DNA of 64,000 bases from Phoronis australis (GCA_002633005.1 NMRA01000504.1:211571-275570), one strand, 5' to 3'. Counted from the stretch's first letter, positions 1 to 12,744 are shown. Numbers and translations: made by a program. The notes: a model not told the origin generated them from the letters alone.

Positions 1-1711
1 CAACCATAAATATTTCGAATGCAAAATACTGATTGCATTCCAAGAGGTCTGTGAGGGGGCCCATGCACAATTATTAATGAAAATAGGAGTGCAACGCCCG
101 GAATCGATATGCTGGCAGTGGGGTGTGTCCTCGGGGCCCTTCGCCCCCCCCCCCCCCTTCCCACTTTCTCCTATGGTGTGACGTTATAACTGTTTCTTTA
201 TCTTGAAAGAATCATAAAAATTCCATTAACCGGCGTATTCCTAGTCAGGGTCTCGCGCACCGAAATGTTCTGCAAAAATGCTGTCGTCAGCGTAACGCAA
301 TTGATGCCGTAAGCTATCGTATCGAGACTACGCCCCACTATACAGTCACTTACGATGAAATGTAAAAAGGTGGTTGACTGCAACTATGCGCGCTTACGCC
401 CCACCATACAGTAACTTACTGTGGGTAGGCGCTACGTTAAAAAGAGGAAAGGTGGTTGGCTGCGCCTACGTGCGCCTACGCCCCACTACAGCACTGTATG
501 TATTTAGTGCTCAGGTGCGAGGCCGGTGGCCACCCGTCAACAACAGTGGTCACCGAAGCTACAAAAAATGACAGGGGTGGACTTGTGACTGATTCACATT
601 CTCACAGAAACTCAAAATTTCGTGTGAAACGAGAAATTTCTCTTATGTTGCATCGGTCTTTTTATCTTTTCTGTGTATGACTGGCGAAGTCATGCGAGAA
701 AGATTTTACAAATTTATTGAAAAAATATGACAATGAGGTCCTTGTAAACTAAACACTTTAGTGTCTGGCAAGAGTATTACGCGTAATCATGGCAAGTGTA
801 TTTTGAGAGTTGAAGTATAATATGCACGGTGTACCAAATTACACGTGTCCCTGTCCCCAAGTACCTCCGCTCGCCTCTGCTATTATAATCCTGTGATGTA
901 AGCTGTTTTTACTGCCCCGAAGGCGTTAATTATGCGTCATTCAAGAAACCTCAAATCGTTTTATTATTACGCGTAAACCTATAAAACTGTGGTCGAATAA
1001 TAAACAAGACCGCGGGTTTCCAATAGTCACACCTTGTACTGATCTGAATATCGGCCACTTTATTTGGTTGTTCACGGGTCATTCGACTTTCATGTGTACC
1101 GCCCGCATTCAATTTTCCCTGCACTAAGCTATCAAAGATGGCGGTTTAATTATATTGGTGCCAACGAGTGCAGTTGCTTACCAGGAGTTAGGAAATAGGA
1201 CGGTGCGAAAGAATCGGATTGAACAGTAACATGCGATAACCAAATGAGCCCCGCGTAAATCAGGGACCCTGTCTCGCAGCTAGCCTGCGCTTCGCCTTGT
1301 AAACCTTGAAACTACATTTGGGAATAAATGTCTACAGAGGGAGAACATCTATAAAAGTAGTGGGCACTGACCTCCCCCGACTGTGCTGCAAATGAAGGCT
1401 TGGATCAAGTTCTTTGGGATGTAATGGTCGGGTAAGAGTCGTTGCCCAAGAGCCAAAGTTGTGCTTGCCTACTTTCAAGTTGGTTTAAATATACAGAACT
1501 TGGGGAAACAGAAATGATGGATTGAGGAAATGGCGCGACTCTTTCGTGCTTTTCGACGTTCAGCAAAAACTATTTCGAGCCCACCCTTTCATATATTGAG
1601 TTTGGTGAAGTGGCAGTTAATAGCAAGGAAGTAGCAAGTAAAACCGCGGATTATTAAGCTCCGTTTATAAGTGGTTAAAAACGAACATGGAAACTAGGCT
1701 TTGTATTCTCA

Positions 1712-1782
1712 CATGGGCGGCGCAGCGTTGAAAAATATGGAGGGCTATAGTTTCCCCAGCCCCCTATGGTGCGCCGCCCATG
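1712..1782. mobile_element. CATGGGCGGCGCA-family MITE
   Basis: Perfect 13-bp TIR CATGGGCGGCGCA / TGCGCCGCCCATG; a related partial copy at 1915-1947 runs into the gap. Confidence 0.75.
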
Positions 1783-1947
1783 TTGCCTAAACTCGGATTC
1801 ATAATATCCCTTACCATGATAGGGTTCTAAATTTATTTCCCTGTCCAACAAAACACTGAAATCACTACGACTCGATAAAACACTTCAGACTTTATTGGAG
1901 TTGGTCAACCCAAAGGCGGCGCACCATAGGGGGCTGGGGGGGGGGGG

Positions 1948-2156
1948 NNNNNNNNNNNNNNNNNNNNNNNNNNNNNNNNNNNNNNNNNNNNNNNNNNNNN
2001 NNNNNNNNNNNNNNNNNNNNNNNNNNNNNNNNNNNNNNNNNNNNNNNNNNNNNNNNNNNNNNNNNNNNNNNNNNNNNNNNNNNNNNNNNNNNNNNNNNNN
2101 NNNNNNNNNNNNNNNNNNNNNNNNNNNNNNNNNNNNNNNNNNNNNNNNNNNNNNNN
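1948..2156. other. Assembly gap
   Basis: Run of N flanked by poly-G and (CA)n. Confidence 0.99.

Positions 2157-2190
<34 letters not shown>
2157..2190. repeat. (CA)n microsatellite at a gap edge
   Basis: Direct observation. Confidence 0.95.
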
Positions 2191-2192
<2 letters not shown>

Positions 2193-3798
2193 TCAAAGAT
2201 CTAGTGTAGGTAGCCGATGGATCTGGATGTCAAAATATGATTTACCCTCCTCGTATACATATCTCTAACTGGAAATTTTTGAACCGATGCAGACAGTCGT
2301 GAGGTTATACGATGCGCAAAACCACAATAAAGCTGCTGCCCACTGAGACAGTGAAACCATTTAACGCGCAGTGAGTTCACACATGTGCTAACAATAAAGC
2401 CAAAACGCCATAAAACCTCAGCATACGAGATAGGAGCACAGTGACGTACACAATGCAGTTACCAGACGTAATGCGATGCCTTTGAATTGTTTTATAACAC
2501 CCAGACTCGATTCTGATGTACCCTTTCTTCATTTTCGTTGAACTCTATGTATAATGGCTGCAATGCAGTTGAGTAATAACTGGTCTTATAAGATGGGAGC
2601 ACTTTTAAAGGGACAATATCGGTTTAGCGGCCGAAAAAAGCGCATTTTTGGGATTACATTGTTGGATGGGGGTAGACTTCTTGAAGTTATTAGCTGTCAC
2701 CAGAGCTATAAAACTACGCAGTCCGTTCTCTTTGAGATATTGTTAAATATCGCCAATTCTCGACGTTGTCTGGCAGACATTCGCTGATACTCCGATTACG
2801 GAAATTAGTTGCTGTGGTGCTAAATGCACTTCTCAAAAGCAAAGTGTGTGTGTCCGATCCAGGGATGAGGGGCGTTCCGCTGGGATGGATGACTTTTTCG
2901 CCGACTGAATGATACCAATGGCCTTGTTTAAAAACTAACAACGAAAGAGTTCCTTTTTTGAATCTCAACTCTACAATTTTGCAACAGAAATGTTTCATAT
3001 TGTGTTGATTGTATGCTTTAAAATAGATGAAGTCCAAAAGATTTTTATTTAACAAATAAGCGTTTGAAGGCTTTAAATAAGAATTCCCAGAGCACGAAAG
3101 TACGTACTGTATATAGATCTTGCCTTCATCGTACATTTTTTTATAATTCAAGTTCACAGTGACAAATCGGTATCTAAGAATATGTGTAGCGTTTGAAAAT
3201 TAAAATTATGTTATAAAAACCTTTTTGAAGGATGACTGTCAAAGAAACTCCCAACAAATGATAGTTATAAAAAGGGTGGTGTTTCATCTTACCGGCCAAA
3301 TAAAGGAGGAGTACCCTAATTTCCCAGCAGCCATACCCCACAAAAGTATATTCCGATACACCCCGGGTCCGATCCTCAAAACCAAACGCATGTGACCGAG
3401 CCTACAATGTTGATTTAACAACAACGTTGCATTTTTTAAAAACAATGTTTAAAACAGGTGGAACTCTGCACAAGACTGCGGACTTTCTACCTCCTCAATT
3501 TTAAGCAAGCTATTTTTAGAGATGATGTGTGAAAAAAAATGTGTTTCAGGGAGTAAATAGCCGCTTTGGATTTTGGCATTGGTTCTAGAAAAAGTGAATT
3601 TTTGTGCACTTCCGAAATCCGAATGATCCGTACCTCCTCGGGTATTTTCGTGGCCTCAAAATATCTCGGAGATGAAGGTTATCCGCGCATGTGTGGACAT
3701 CAGTCATACCGCGGTAAATCACGCGATTTTCAAGCCAAAGAATGATTGGCAGAATGACTGAAGATCGCATATGCGGAAATAACGTTTATCTGAGAGAG

Positions 3799-4260
3799 GC
3801 TACAGAACATCCGAAACACGTCGGTACTTCTGTAACGTAAAATCATTTCGGTGTTTCATATCCGTGCATGTACGGATTTCTATCATCACAGTAAGTCATA
3901 TGACTCTTAAATTGAAGGCTGTAGACGAAGAATTTAGAATTGTGTCGCGTGTACCACGTTTGAGACCTGGTAGCTAAAGCCATGATTTCATCGGTTTCTT
4001 GACCAATTCCCTTTGCTGATACGACTGAAGCTACAGAACATCCGAAACACGTCGGTACTTCCGTAACGTAAAATTATTTCGGTGTTTCATATCCGTGCAT
4101 GAACGGATTTCTATCATCACAGTAAGTCATATGACTCTTAAATTGAAGGCTGCAGACTAAGAATTTAGAATTGTGTCGCGTGTACGACGTTTGAGACCTG
4201 GTAGCTAAAACCATGGTTTTATCGGTTTCTTGACCAATTCCCTTAGCTGATACGACTGAA
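3799..4260. repeat. Tandem duplication, 2 x 231 bp
   Basis: 3799-4029 and 4030-4260 both begin GCTACAGAACATCCGAAACACG and differ by scattered substitutions. Confidence 0.9.
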
Positions 4261-4480
4261 TTTCGCACATGCGCAGATAACTGGGGGCTAGGTGTTACAC
4301 CCGAGGTTTTCCCAATGGCTGCTTCAGAATGTGCGAAATATGAGCGTAATTTCAACGGAAGTTGACGAATGGGATGTATTGCAACACGTGGCCAGGGTTT
4401 TGTCTGTTCTGCAATTGTAATTATGAATGCAAAACTATGTCAAATGATTTCATGCATTTTAAATTTTTGTTCATTTTCAG

Positions 4481-4982
4481 TTGTCCTTTGCGTGGGGCGA
4501 CTCACGATGTCTTAGCCATCAACACAATCTGGATGGTAAAAGATGCTGTAGGAAGTGTGCTCCGGGGTCGGGAACGTGGTCCCCTTGCTCTTACTCCAAT
4601 GACACAATATGTCGACCGTGTTCACATGGTGTTTCCTTCTCCGGAACTCACAGTCACGCCGATAAGTGTCGACCATGCTCAAAGCTTCCTGATAATGCTC
4701 ATTATATTAGAAAATGCAATGTAACTCACGATGCTGTCTGGCAGTGCAATGAAGACTTCTACAGAGACAGCGATCAGTGCAATCCGTGCCATAAATGTCA
4801 TCCCGGATGGGGTGCTTCGAGACCGTGTACTCGAAAACATAATACTATTTGCCGGCAATGTCCGAATGGAACGTTCTCTGATTTGTTTAGCGGAACGTCC
4901 GGATGCCGAGTGTGTACGAAGTGCAATGAATACCAACAGATGGCGCAGTCATGTAGCTCAATGTTAGACACGACTTGTATTG
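4481..4982 (+). CDS. NGFR: p75NTR-like exon: end of signal peptide plus CRD1-4
   Basis: Acceptor ttcattttcag| at 4480; LSFAWGDSRCLSHQ...MLDTTCI; donor G|gtaagt at 4983. Confidence 0.92.
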
Positions 4983-7904
4983 GTAAGTCTAGACGAGAGC
5001 ATGAACACGACAAATCGAAAGTCTCTGAACCGGTTTTGTTGTGGGTAAATACAGCGGTTAATTATACTTCGGGATATCTTTAACAGTTGTGTGCATTTAG
5101 GAATATCATTAAACTGAATTCTGTAAAAGTATGTCCAATTTCTGAAAGTAAAATGAGTGTGAAGTTTATTTACCTGTCGTCCAACTGACATTGATTGGGT
5201 GACGTGACCATGCCTTTTTTAGTAAAAATTGGCCAAACTAAGAAAGGCGAGTCTATATTCGTAGCAAAACGATGGTATCTATAGCATGGCCTTACATGAT
5301 TTCAATATTCGAGATATCTCAAAAATTATTTCACATTTTTTCTACATTGTCTTTTCGTTTTTATTTTATTCAACTTGATTCTCCATTAAAATCAGAATTA
5401 TGTATCAATTATTGATAGTACGTAATTAAAAATGAAACAAGTGATCAGATGTTAGCCAAATTGTGCCATTTCCTGGCTTACTCATAAACATTAAAGTTTA
5501 GTCCATGCAATCTGAAATGTATAAAAGTGATTGGAGTGCAACATAGTGCAAAATTAGTTTCAGTTTGTTTTCCTTCTCATAGGCGTTGTCGAATGACAGA
5601 AAACCTTATCACCTATATGTCTTGCAAACTTTACCTGTAGGAAAACTCAACGGTCGTCCTAGAACGCCGGTGTCTAACTACCCCGTAGATGGAACGACAA
5701 AATCAACAATCAGACAGGATGCCGATATGATTCTCATATACTGTGCTGTACCAGGTATAATTATCGTAGCCCTGTTGGTTTACGTGCTCATACGGCGACG
5801 TGGCAAGACGTTAGGCCAGAGAAACCATAAGGAGGACCATTTCCGGTCTGTGATGTCTCATATGATTTACACAGATCGAGACGGAAACACAGGTATTTGC
5901 ATTCAGAAAACGTGTCGATAGGTGGCTCCCTATTGTTTCCTTTGCTACGAATTAGTGATCACCTGGCAGTCTAATCTCACATCGTCGCTGTTCTTAACAA
6001 GCGAAAGCATTTTGAAATGAACAGTGGTCACATTATCAGAAAAACTTTATCATTAAATCAGTACAATCGCGTCTGCATTCCGTAAACGCAAGACACTCGC
6101 CAGGCACTGCATTGTGTTCTACTTTGCTCGACCGCAGCGTTTTCAATTTCTTCTGCTTGCCCGGGACAAAGCACGCAGCATATTGCTACTGCATACGAAC
6201 AAAATTAAAAATTGTCTTCGTTCAGAGAGAGCACTTGGTTCACTGTTAAAGGTTTAGAGCATATGGTCGACGTTTGGTTTAACTCATTTACCCTCATGTT
6301 GACACGGGAACAATTTAACCCTGGGGGCATGCAGCTATTTTTTACGAGGTCTTTGTAGCTAGGAAATTAGGATGCTCTCTTTTAGAGTGTTGGCATTGTA
6401 AAAGGAGACGATTTGTACGAAGCTTTAACGAGAAAGTTACCATTTCCGGCAACATGGTCTCAATTAGATCATAAAAGCTTGGGTGATACTGGCCTGCTGT
6501 TGATTTGAAAAACGATGCGAGGTGCGCTTCGGGGCATTTAAGACTTTTATTCCCTCTCGCGGCTAGGGCTTGCTCGCGTACAAACCTCTCCTCACACGCA
6601 CGCTATTCCCCTATCAAAGGCACTCCTTGCTCACCATTTTCACGTCTCATCGTGATGGACATGTATCTTGGTCTCGCGCACTAAGCCCAACCATGCTCCG
6701 GGACATTATTCCCTTCCCGCAATGCTAGGTCCTGGCTCACGGATAAAGCCCGTGATCGAGCTGCCGGACTGTTCTGAAATTTATTATTCAAGCGATGCCC
6801 TGAAAATAGTTAAATTATTCGCTTTCAAAGTGTGTTATCCTTTCCTCTAGTAACCATGACAACAAAACTACGCAACTTGCCGTCATCGAAACAGAAGGAA
6901 ATAGAGAAAACGCTGCAAATGAAAGTCGCAGGTCGACCGTCGTGGATGAGTTTAGCTAGGGAACTTGGTAAGTGAAAGCAAAGCACAATGGACTTTTGTT
7001 CAGGGAGGGGTCGAGGAAATTGAATTCATGAAGTGTTTATGAGACATGCATGTGCAGCATAGGAAACGCCTTGAACTCCCGCATGTCGACTTTTTCCGTG
7101 ATAACCTTCTTACAAAAATGAGGAGTATTTTTGGGGTGCCACTGCACCTCTGCTGTTGGCGTAAACTGTAAAGATCGAAATGAGTAGAAATTCCACAGTT
7201 TAAACAGAGTTTTTGTGTCATAGTGGACAATGTTTACATTTTTCTTCTTTAAATGTTGAAAAACTTGAATGAATTTTAGGTGCGGAAGTTGCTTTGTTGC
7301 TCGAGAACACTCCTGATGAGAGATCACAGGCAGGCAATGAAAGCGTCGGCAGACAAAACACTCATTTACATGGACCTTTAAAGTTTTTCTCACGCATGCG
7401 TAGAATGGCGAATTTTCGACATTTGGCTATCGAAAAATTCGTCTCCTGTGGAGAGCTCTATATATATCTTGCGATCTCGCTAACTCGCAAAAATTAGTCT
7501 TATTGAGCACACCTTTGATACGATACAAGCTATGTATGAAACCTAAGACAGTAGGTAGTGGTGGTGAGTTGATGATTAGACACCACGTAACTAGTGCCTG
7601 TTAGAAATTGATCCAGTTGTGGAAATCGTTGGACATGTTTTTCCATATTTCAGGGTATAATAAGGAAAGAATAAACTCTATGGAGGCAAAAGCAAAGCAG
7701 CAACATATCTCAACGTCTCGGTGTTTGCTACAGGAGTGGTCCAAAAGTCAAAACGCAACTGTCGGAGTCCTAATTCGTGCGCTTAAAAGCATCGGACGCA
7801 TTGACATTGTAAAAATTCTTCAGGGCCAGCCTACGTTTGTGAAGGAACATACATTAGTGAAAATTCCAACCATAAAGGACGTGTCGCAACCAGTTTGTGT
7901 GTGA
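4481..7904 (+). CDS. NGFR: p75 neurotrophin receptor (TNFRSF16)-like gene, 5'-partial; coding exons 4481-4982, 5641-5892, 6851-6967, 7654-7904
   Basis: Four TNFR cysteine-rich repeats; TM MILIYCAVPGIIIVALLVYVLI resembling p75 LIPVYCSILAAVVVGLVAYIAF; death domain LPSSKQKEIEKTL..WMSLARELGY..LLQEWSKSQNATVGVLIRALKSIGRIDIVKIL. All three introns are GT-AG, phase 1, and the frame is continuous. The start/signal-peptide exon was not found. Confidence 0.88.
5641..5892 (+). CDS. NGFR: p75NTR-like exon: stalk, transmembrane helix, juxtamembrane region
   Basis: Acceptor tttacctgtag| at 5640 is phase-compatible (the AG at 5582 leads to a stop); hydrophobic helix followed by RRRGK; donor AG|gtattt at 5893. 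Confidence 0.85.
6851..6967 (+). CDS. NGFR: p75NTR-like exon: death domain N-terminal part
   Basis: Acceptor cctttcctctag|; VTMTTKLRNLPSSKQKEIEKTLQMKVAGRPSWMSLAREL; donor G|gtaagt at 6968. Not in the ORF track. Confidence 0.88.
7654..7904 (+). CDS. NGFR: p75NTR-like last exon: death domain C-terminal part and tail
   Basis: Acceptor catatttcag|; GYNKERINSM...QPVCV stop; AATAAA at 8039-8044. Confidence 0.88.
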
Positions 7905-8038
7905 GTGATCCCAATGGAACTGCCAGCGACGTATGTCGCCTAGCTTTCTGTCGAAGCAATGTGTCTGTTTTACCGGAATCATCGTCATTATTTTTTCGTC
8001 TACTACGGAAAATTCATGTGCCATTTACTCTGGTTTTT

Positions 8039-8044
8039 AATAAA
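8039..8044 (+). promoter_or_regulatory. Candidate polyadenylation signal of the p75NTR-like gene
   Basis: AATAAA about 135 nt after the stop, followed by a T-rich tract. Confidence 0.5.
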
Positions 8045-9248
8045 AATTTGTTTTTTTAATTATGATATGGTTTTATAACGTCATTTGACATCGTAAGACC
8101 GTAAAACAATTGGGTCACTCCTGCTAAATCTCCGCACGCTTTTGTCTCAAACAATTCTGCATTTTTGAGTAACATACGGTAACCTATTCTCAGAAACGAA
8201 TTTATATTGAGTGGCTGCAATTCTGATCATCAGAGGGTGTGTTCGTGCCCAGCCAACCAAGCAGGCGTCAATTTTTAAGGAAATTGGGGCAGGTAAATTC
8301 AACCGGGGCCCTAAAACCTACTGTATGCCACCGTTCAGTCAAGTATATACTTCTTGAAAACGAGACAATTTTGTCAAATTGTATGCGTATTTTAACATTT
8401 AAAATTGTCTCGAGTTTCTCTCATTTTTTATATTTCTGCTACCCAACGATTTAAATTGCGTAATATTTTTTCGATGACCTCTATGAGATACGGAACTAGA
8501 AGTACGTTTGTACTGCAAAGCGGAACAGTGTTCTGCTGAGTTATTACGTTAGGATCAGGGCCTCTGTGCTAAACACGCAGCGGCGTTATTATGCTAACGA
8601 GTAGTGCCGAGGTGACGTTAACAACCGTACCGAGAACACAGAAATGTGTTTTGAACAGTTACAACAAGTTTTAAATGATAAATTTTCCATTTCAACACAG
8701 AAAATGCGATGTCCGAAGCATTGTATGACGTCAATGGCGACTCATTCCATGCCTCTTAAAACTTTTTCATTCAAACTTATTAAGCAAACACAGAACGGCT
8801 GCATGAAGATAAGAATAAGTGGACGGAGTGCCACAGGTAAATGGCAGCAAAAATGTTGTCCGATGGATTGCAGAGCAGCAAGAAGAGCTTCCGTGCATGA
8901 TGCAGCTTCGACTGGGCATACGCGGTGCGCAGCCTAGTTATGTCCCCTTTGTAAACAGTTCTGCTTTGGTTGCTTCTCATTCAGCTGCTACCAAAAACTG
9001 TCCATGCCACTTTGAACGCGCGATATCCCGCAGGCAGACATGGTTGTATTTTGTGCGGGGCATGAAGAAAAAAATATTTCGCATCGCTTCATGGGTAAAA
9101 TCCGGACATGTCGCCTGGAGCTTTTCAAAGGACGCGAGACTTGGTCACCAGACGTTAAAATAGAAGTTTCGTAACAACGCAAGTTCATTGTCACAGTCGG
9201 AAGTCAAATAGCATGCTCCAATAAAAAATCAGTTTTTGGCCACAATAA

Positions 9249-9482
9249 GATCAAAAACCGGGCGATCGCCGCATTAGACATCTGCAGCTATGGTGATGAC
9301 CAGCTGCTGACCATATTCTATGTATCTCTCACTTCACTCTATGGATGTTACCTGAGCTGTATGTTGGCACTTGTTGTCCTAAATTGTTGTAAATATGATC
9401 CTGATGATGTCTAATGAAAAGACGAAACGTTGAATTGAACATGAACTTTTTTATTTGTGCGGCGATCGTACGGTTTTTGATC
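9249..9482. repeat. Inverted repeat / MITE-like element
   Basis: GATCAAAAACCGGGCGATCGCCGCA vs TGCGGCGATCGTACGGTTTTTGATC (25 bp, 2 mismatches). Confidence 0.65.
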
Positions 9483-12400
9483 CAATAAAAAACCAAAACA
9501 GTTGCGCTACAACAAAATTGCGGCCTTTTGTGTATTTCCCATTTATATTTTCATCAGAAATTTTCGTTGTGCATGACTCGGTGATTCTCTTTGAAAAAGC
9601 GCGAAACACGAGATAAACGCAAGCTAAACTGGATACTGATACAATCGAGTTACAGGCGTAACAGCGTTAAGACAAGGTAAAAATTACACAGCCAGTAGTA
9701 TCCATTCTCCGGCAATGGGGTCGTTCTTTTGAATTTAATGTTTCTAACACGTTTTTCCTGGTCTGAAATTCGCGGGAGAGAAATCCGATAGTTATGACAT
9801 GTTCAGAAATTCATGGACCATTGAAAAACAAATTTGAACCTTCTACCCTTTTCGTGGACCATGGAAAACTCGTTTTCGAGAACCATGGAAAACTCGTTTT
9901 CGAGATATTCATTCTTGTCCCAAAATGGATGGCTTACTGAAAATGGCGCGACTTTACCGTAACTAAATACAACAATGACTCGCTATTGAAGATTATTCAC
10001 CTTGTCGGATAGCAGAATAACGAAGAATAAGCTTTGTCTGAAAGTTTCAATTGAATTCGATTCGTCATTTCTGAGATATGATGTTTTGAAGTTAGAGCAA
10101 ATTTTAACTTTTCTTGAGGGTCTCACATAACTTAAATTCGTTGTTTTTGTGTGTCTGCATGCTCATTTTTGATAATTTTTAATTAGTTAATATTAAGTTA
10201 TGAGTATTTTAAACGACCACCTCTTTCTACACTATTGTAGCTTCGACAGGTGAGTGAGGGCATAGTTATATCTTGGACACGTGTGACGAAGAGCGAGCGC
10301 ACCCCTTCCCAAGAATAATGCAGGCCCTCACCGGCCGCGAATCTACGGCTTATTTTGCGCGGTAGAAACAGTCAGGCGTCTCCTCAATGTCGGAATAACT
10401 TTCAAATGATTTTACATATGTTTTGACATAAAGGTCTCCTCCGTCAGGAACAATTATAGTGGTCATCACTCAATTAATAATGACATCAAATCATGATCGT
10501 CAGCGGCAACCGTCAATCATCGACCCTAAATGAACGCAAATACGACAATGACCAAGATAGACACACAGAGAAATCAATGGTTGCTACTGTTTTTTTTCCC
10601 TCAAATTCTACACAGGAGATAGGCCTATGGCAGACAGGAAAAGGTGCATTATCCGATCAGTGACGTCATAGCAGGTTTCCTGCGCCAATTACACTTATTA
10701 TCATCATGAAAGCCAAAGGTGCTATTTAACAGTTCCGCCATGAATCACCGTGCTGGCAAACATAGGCACGCAATGGGGCTTCTTCATCACTGAAGGCTAG
10801 CATAGCTAAAAACAGCCTAGTCTTTGCAAGCTGGAGTACACGAGTTGAAGAGTGGGATAAAATACGCATTGTTAAAGGAACATTTCGCCTTCTTGGTTTC
10901 AATTGAAGAACGAATTAGGTCTTTTACACTTACATGTATTCCTTACAGTAATAGGATTCTTTTTCAAGAACAAAAGAATCACAAGGGCCTCAAAAAACGT
11001 TTCCGGATTTATTGAGATTCGTCAAACCTAAGATTAGAAATTTGAAAATACCTCTGACTTGAGTCGATGAAGACTGGAAATAGAATCCCATCATGATAAC
11101 GAATATTATGAAACCGAGTTAGTGATAGCGATAGGCCTAGTTAGATTTTTGATATTTACCGGAGGCGAAGTCTAATTTTAACTGTGTTGCACAGAGATTC
11201 GTCACGAGAAAGTTTGACAACATGTGAGAAGTAAGATAATAGGAAAATTATTCGAGATCAAGATACATAAGTTGAAATCGTTCATGCAAAAACCATTTGT
11301 GGAAAATTGTGCGCAATTTTTTGTAGATTAGGAAATGCAGAAAAATTATCGCCCAAACGCAAACATTTTGCGATCCACTTTCACCAAATTTTAAGGAATT
11401 TATTGCTATAAGTGGATTCAGACGCTGTGAAAATTGTTTGGCCATTGGCTAAACCAATCAGCGCCATCTTGAGGCCTGAGAACGAGGCTGCTGCTCGAAT
11501 GCGACCTAAGACCGTAGTCGTCATTGATGCAGCACAAGTCTCACCAAATCTCGCCTCGTCTCTCGTTTTAACGTTTTTGGCCAACTTCATGCGTCTTGTG
11601 CATAAGCGTACACGAAAAGTGAGCATAAACGGTGCAGTGGTTTTTAATGTAGTGAAAGATAACTAACACATAAGGGGATTTTGCTTATGAAACCTGCTAA
11701 AATATTGTTTTTCACTTAAAAAAACGAAAATGCAGCTAAAATGAGCTCGCACGCGATCAATGAAAAATGGGCAAAATGAAACGTATTTATCAGCCCTCCT
11801 AACCATCTCAGAGGCGTCAGGTGCTTGAGAGCGTCAGTTGATAACTCGATGTTGTCCTACGACATTCCCGTAGTCTGCCGCTGCTATTGCAATAGGTAGA
11901 TGGAAAATTGTGATTAGAGGGCCATTTGCTTTGCCCCTCCAGCGTCATTGGTAATTTTATTCACGGGTCGTCAGCCGTCCAAGTGTCAGACTGGGGTCTT
12001 TCAAATTCACCTGAACACCTAAAAAGTTGAGGTGTAGGCCTAACTTCAGATTTAGGCCCGAATTTCCAAGTAATTGATCAAATGAACATATACCAATATC
12101 ATGTGTACCATTGTGTTCAGTAGCATATTTTTCTTTTTTGTTCAATAGTTTATTGACACTATTATCACGTACAAAAGAGAGTATGATTATTTGATACATC
12201 CGTTCACACGCATGCACACACGCACATTTCGAGACTAGAGAATAAACATAACAGTAGTTAATAATCAAAGAAACAGAAGAGACAAAGAGAACCATCTTCA
12301 ACTGAATTTTTTTATTCATGGTTACAGACATAAACAGATTTTTCGATTTGAAAGTATTCATTGTAACAATTCCTTCCTGAAAACTCAATTAAAGGAATAG

Positions 12401-12725
12401 TATGCCATAGTCCATTCGACTCGAGAAAATCACTTCCGTGGCTACCTTTTTGGGGCAATATAATTTTGGTGTTTTTAAAGTCATTAAGTACTATACATTA
12501 AGAATCTAAAAACTTCCCAAGGTTTGACTAGCACGTTTCCGAGAAATTTGACCTAAAAAATCTGACTTCTTGCAAAATTTGGCACAGAAAGCCAAAAACG
12601 CTAGACCCAAACTGAATGATAATTTGATTGGGCTTAGTTAATTTGAAGTTACTGGACAAGAAAAATGATGATTATTATGACATTAGGTGGAAAATTGCTA
12701 CAAAAAGACAAATAGAAAATTTTAG

Positions 12726-12744
12726 TAGCGCCCCCTGTTGGCCA
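12726..12744 (-). promoter_or_regulatory. Candidate CTCF binding site
   Basis: TGGCCAACAGGGGGCGCTA, one mismatch from the canonical TGGCCACCAGGGGGCGCTA consensus. Confidence 0.55.

Noticed and set aside
1885-2209. ORFs spanning the N gap (also 58331-58686)
   Set aside because: Artefacts of N runs, poly-G and (CA)n.
1138-2790. Candidate first (signal peptide) exon of the p75-like gene
   Set aside because: No ATG plus hydrophobic stretch plus phase-0 donor combination was convincing; it may lie in the gap or upstream of the window.
4362-5191. Overlapping alternative-frame and antisense ORFs over the CRD exon
   Set aside because: Shadows of the p75-like exon with no recognisable domains.
5583-5640. 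Earlier acceptor (AG at 5581-5582) for the TM exon
   Set aside because: Incompatible with the phase-1 donor; it gives TGA within five codons.
8644-9194. Cluster of 66-114 aa ORFs as a gene
   Set aside because: No recognisable domain or consistent splice structure; probably decayed repeat sequence.
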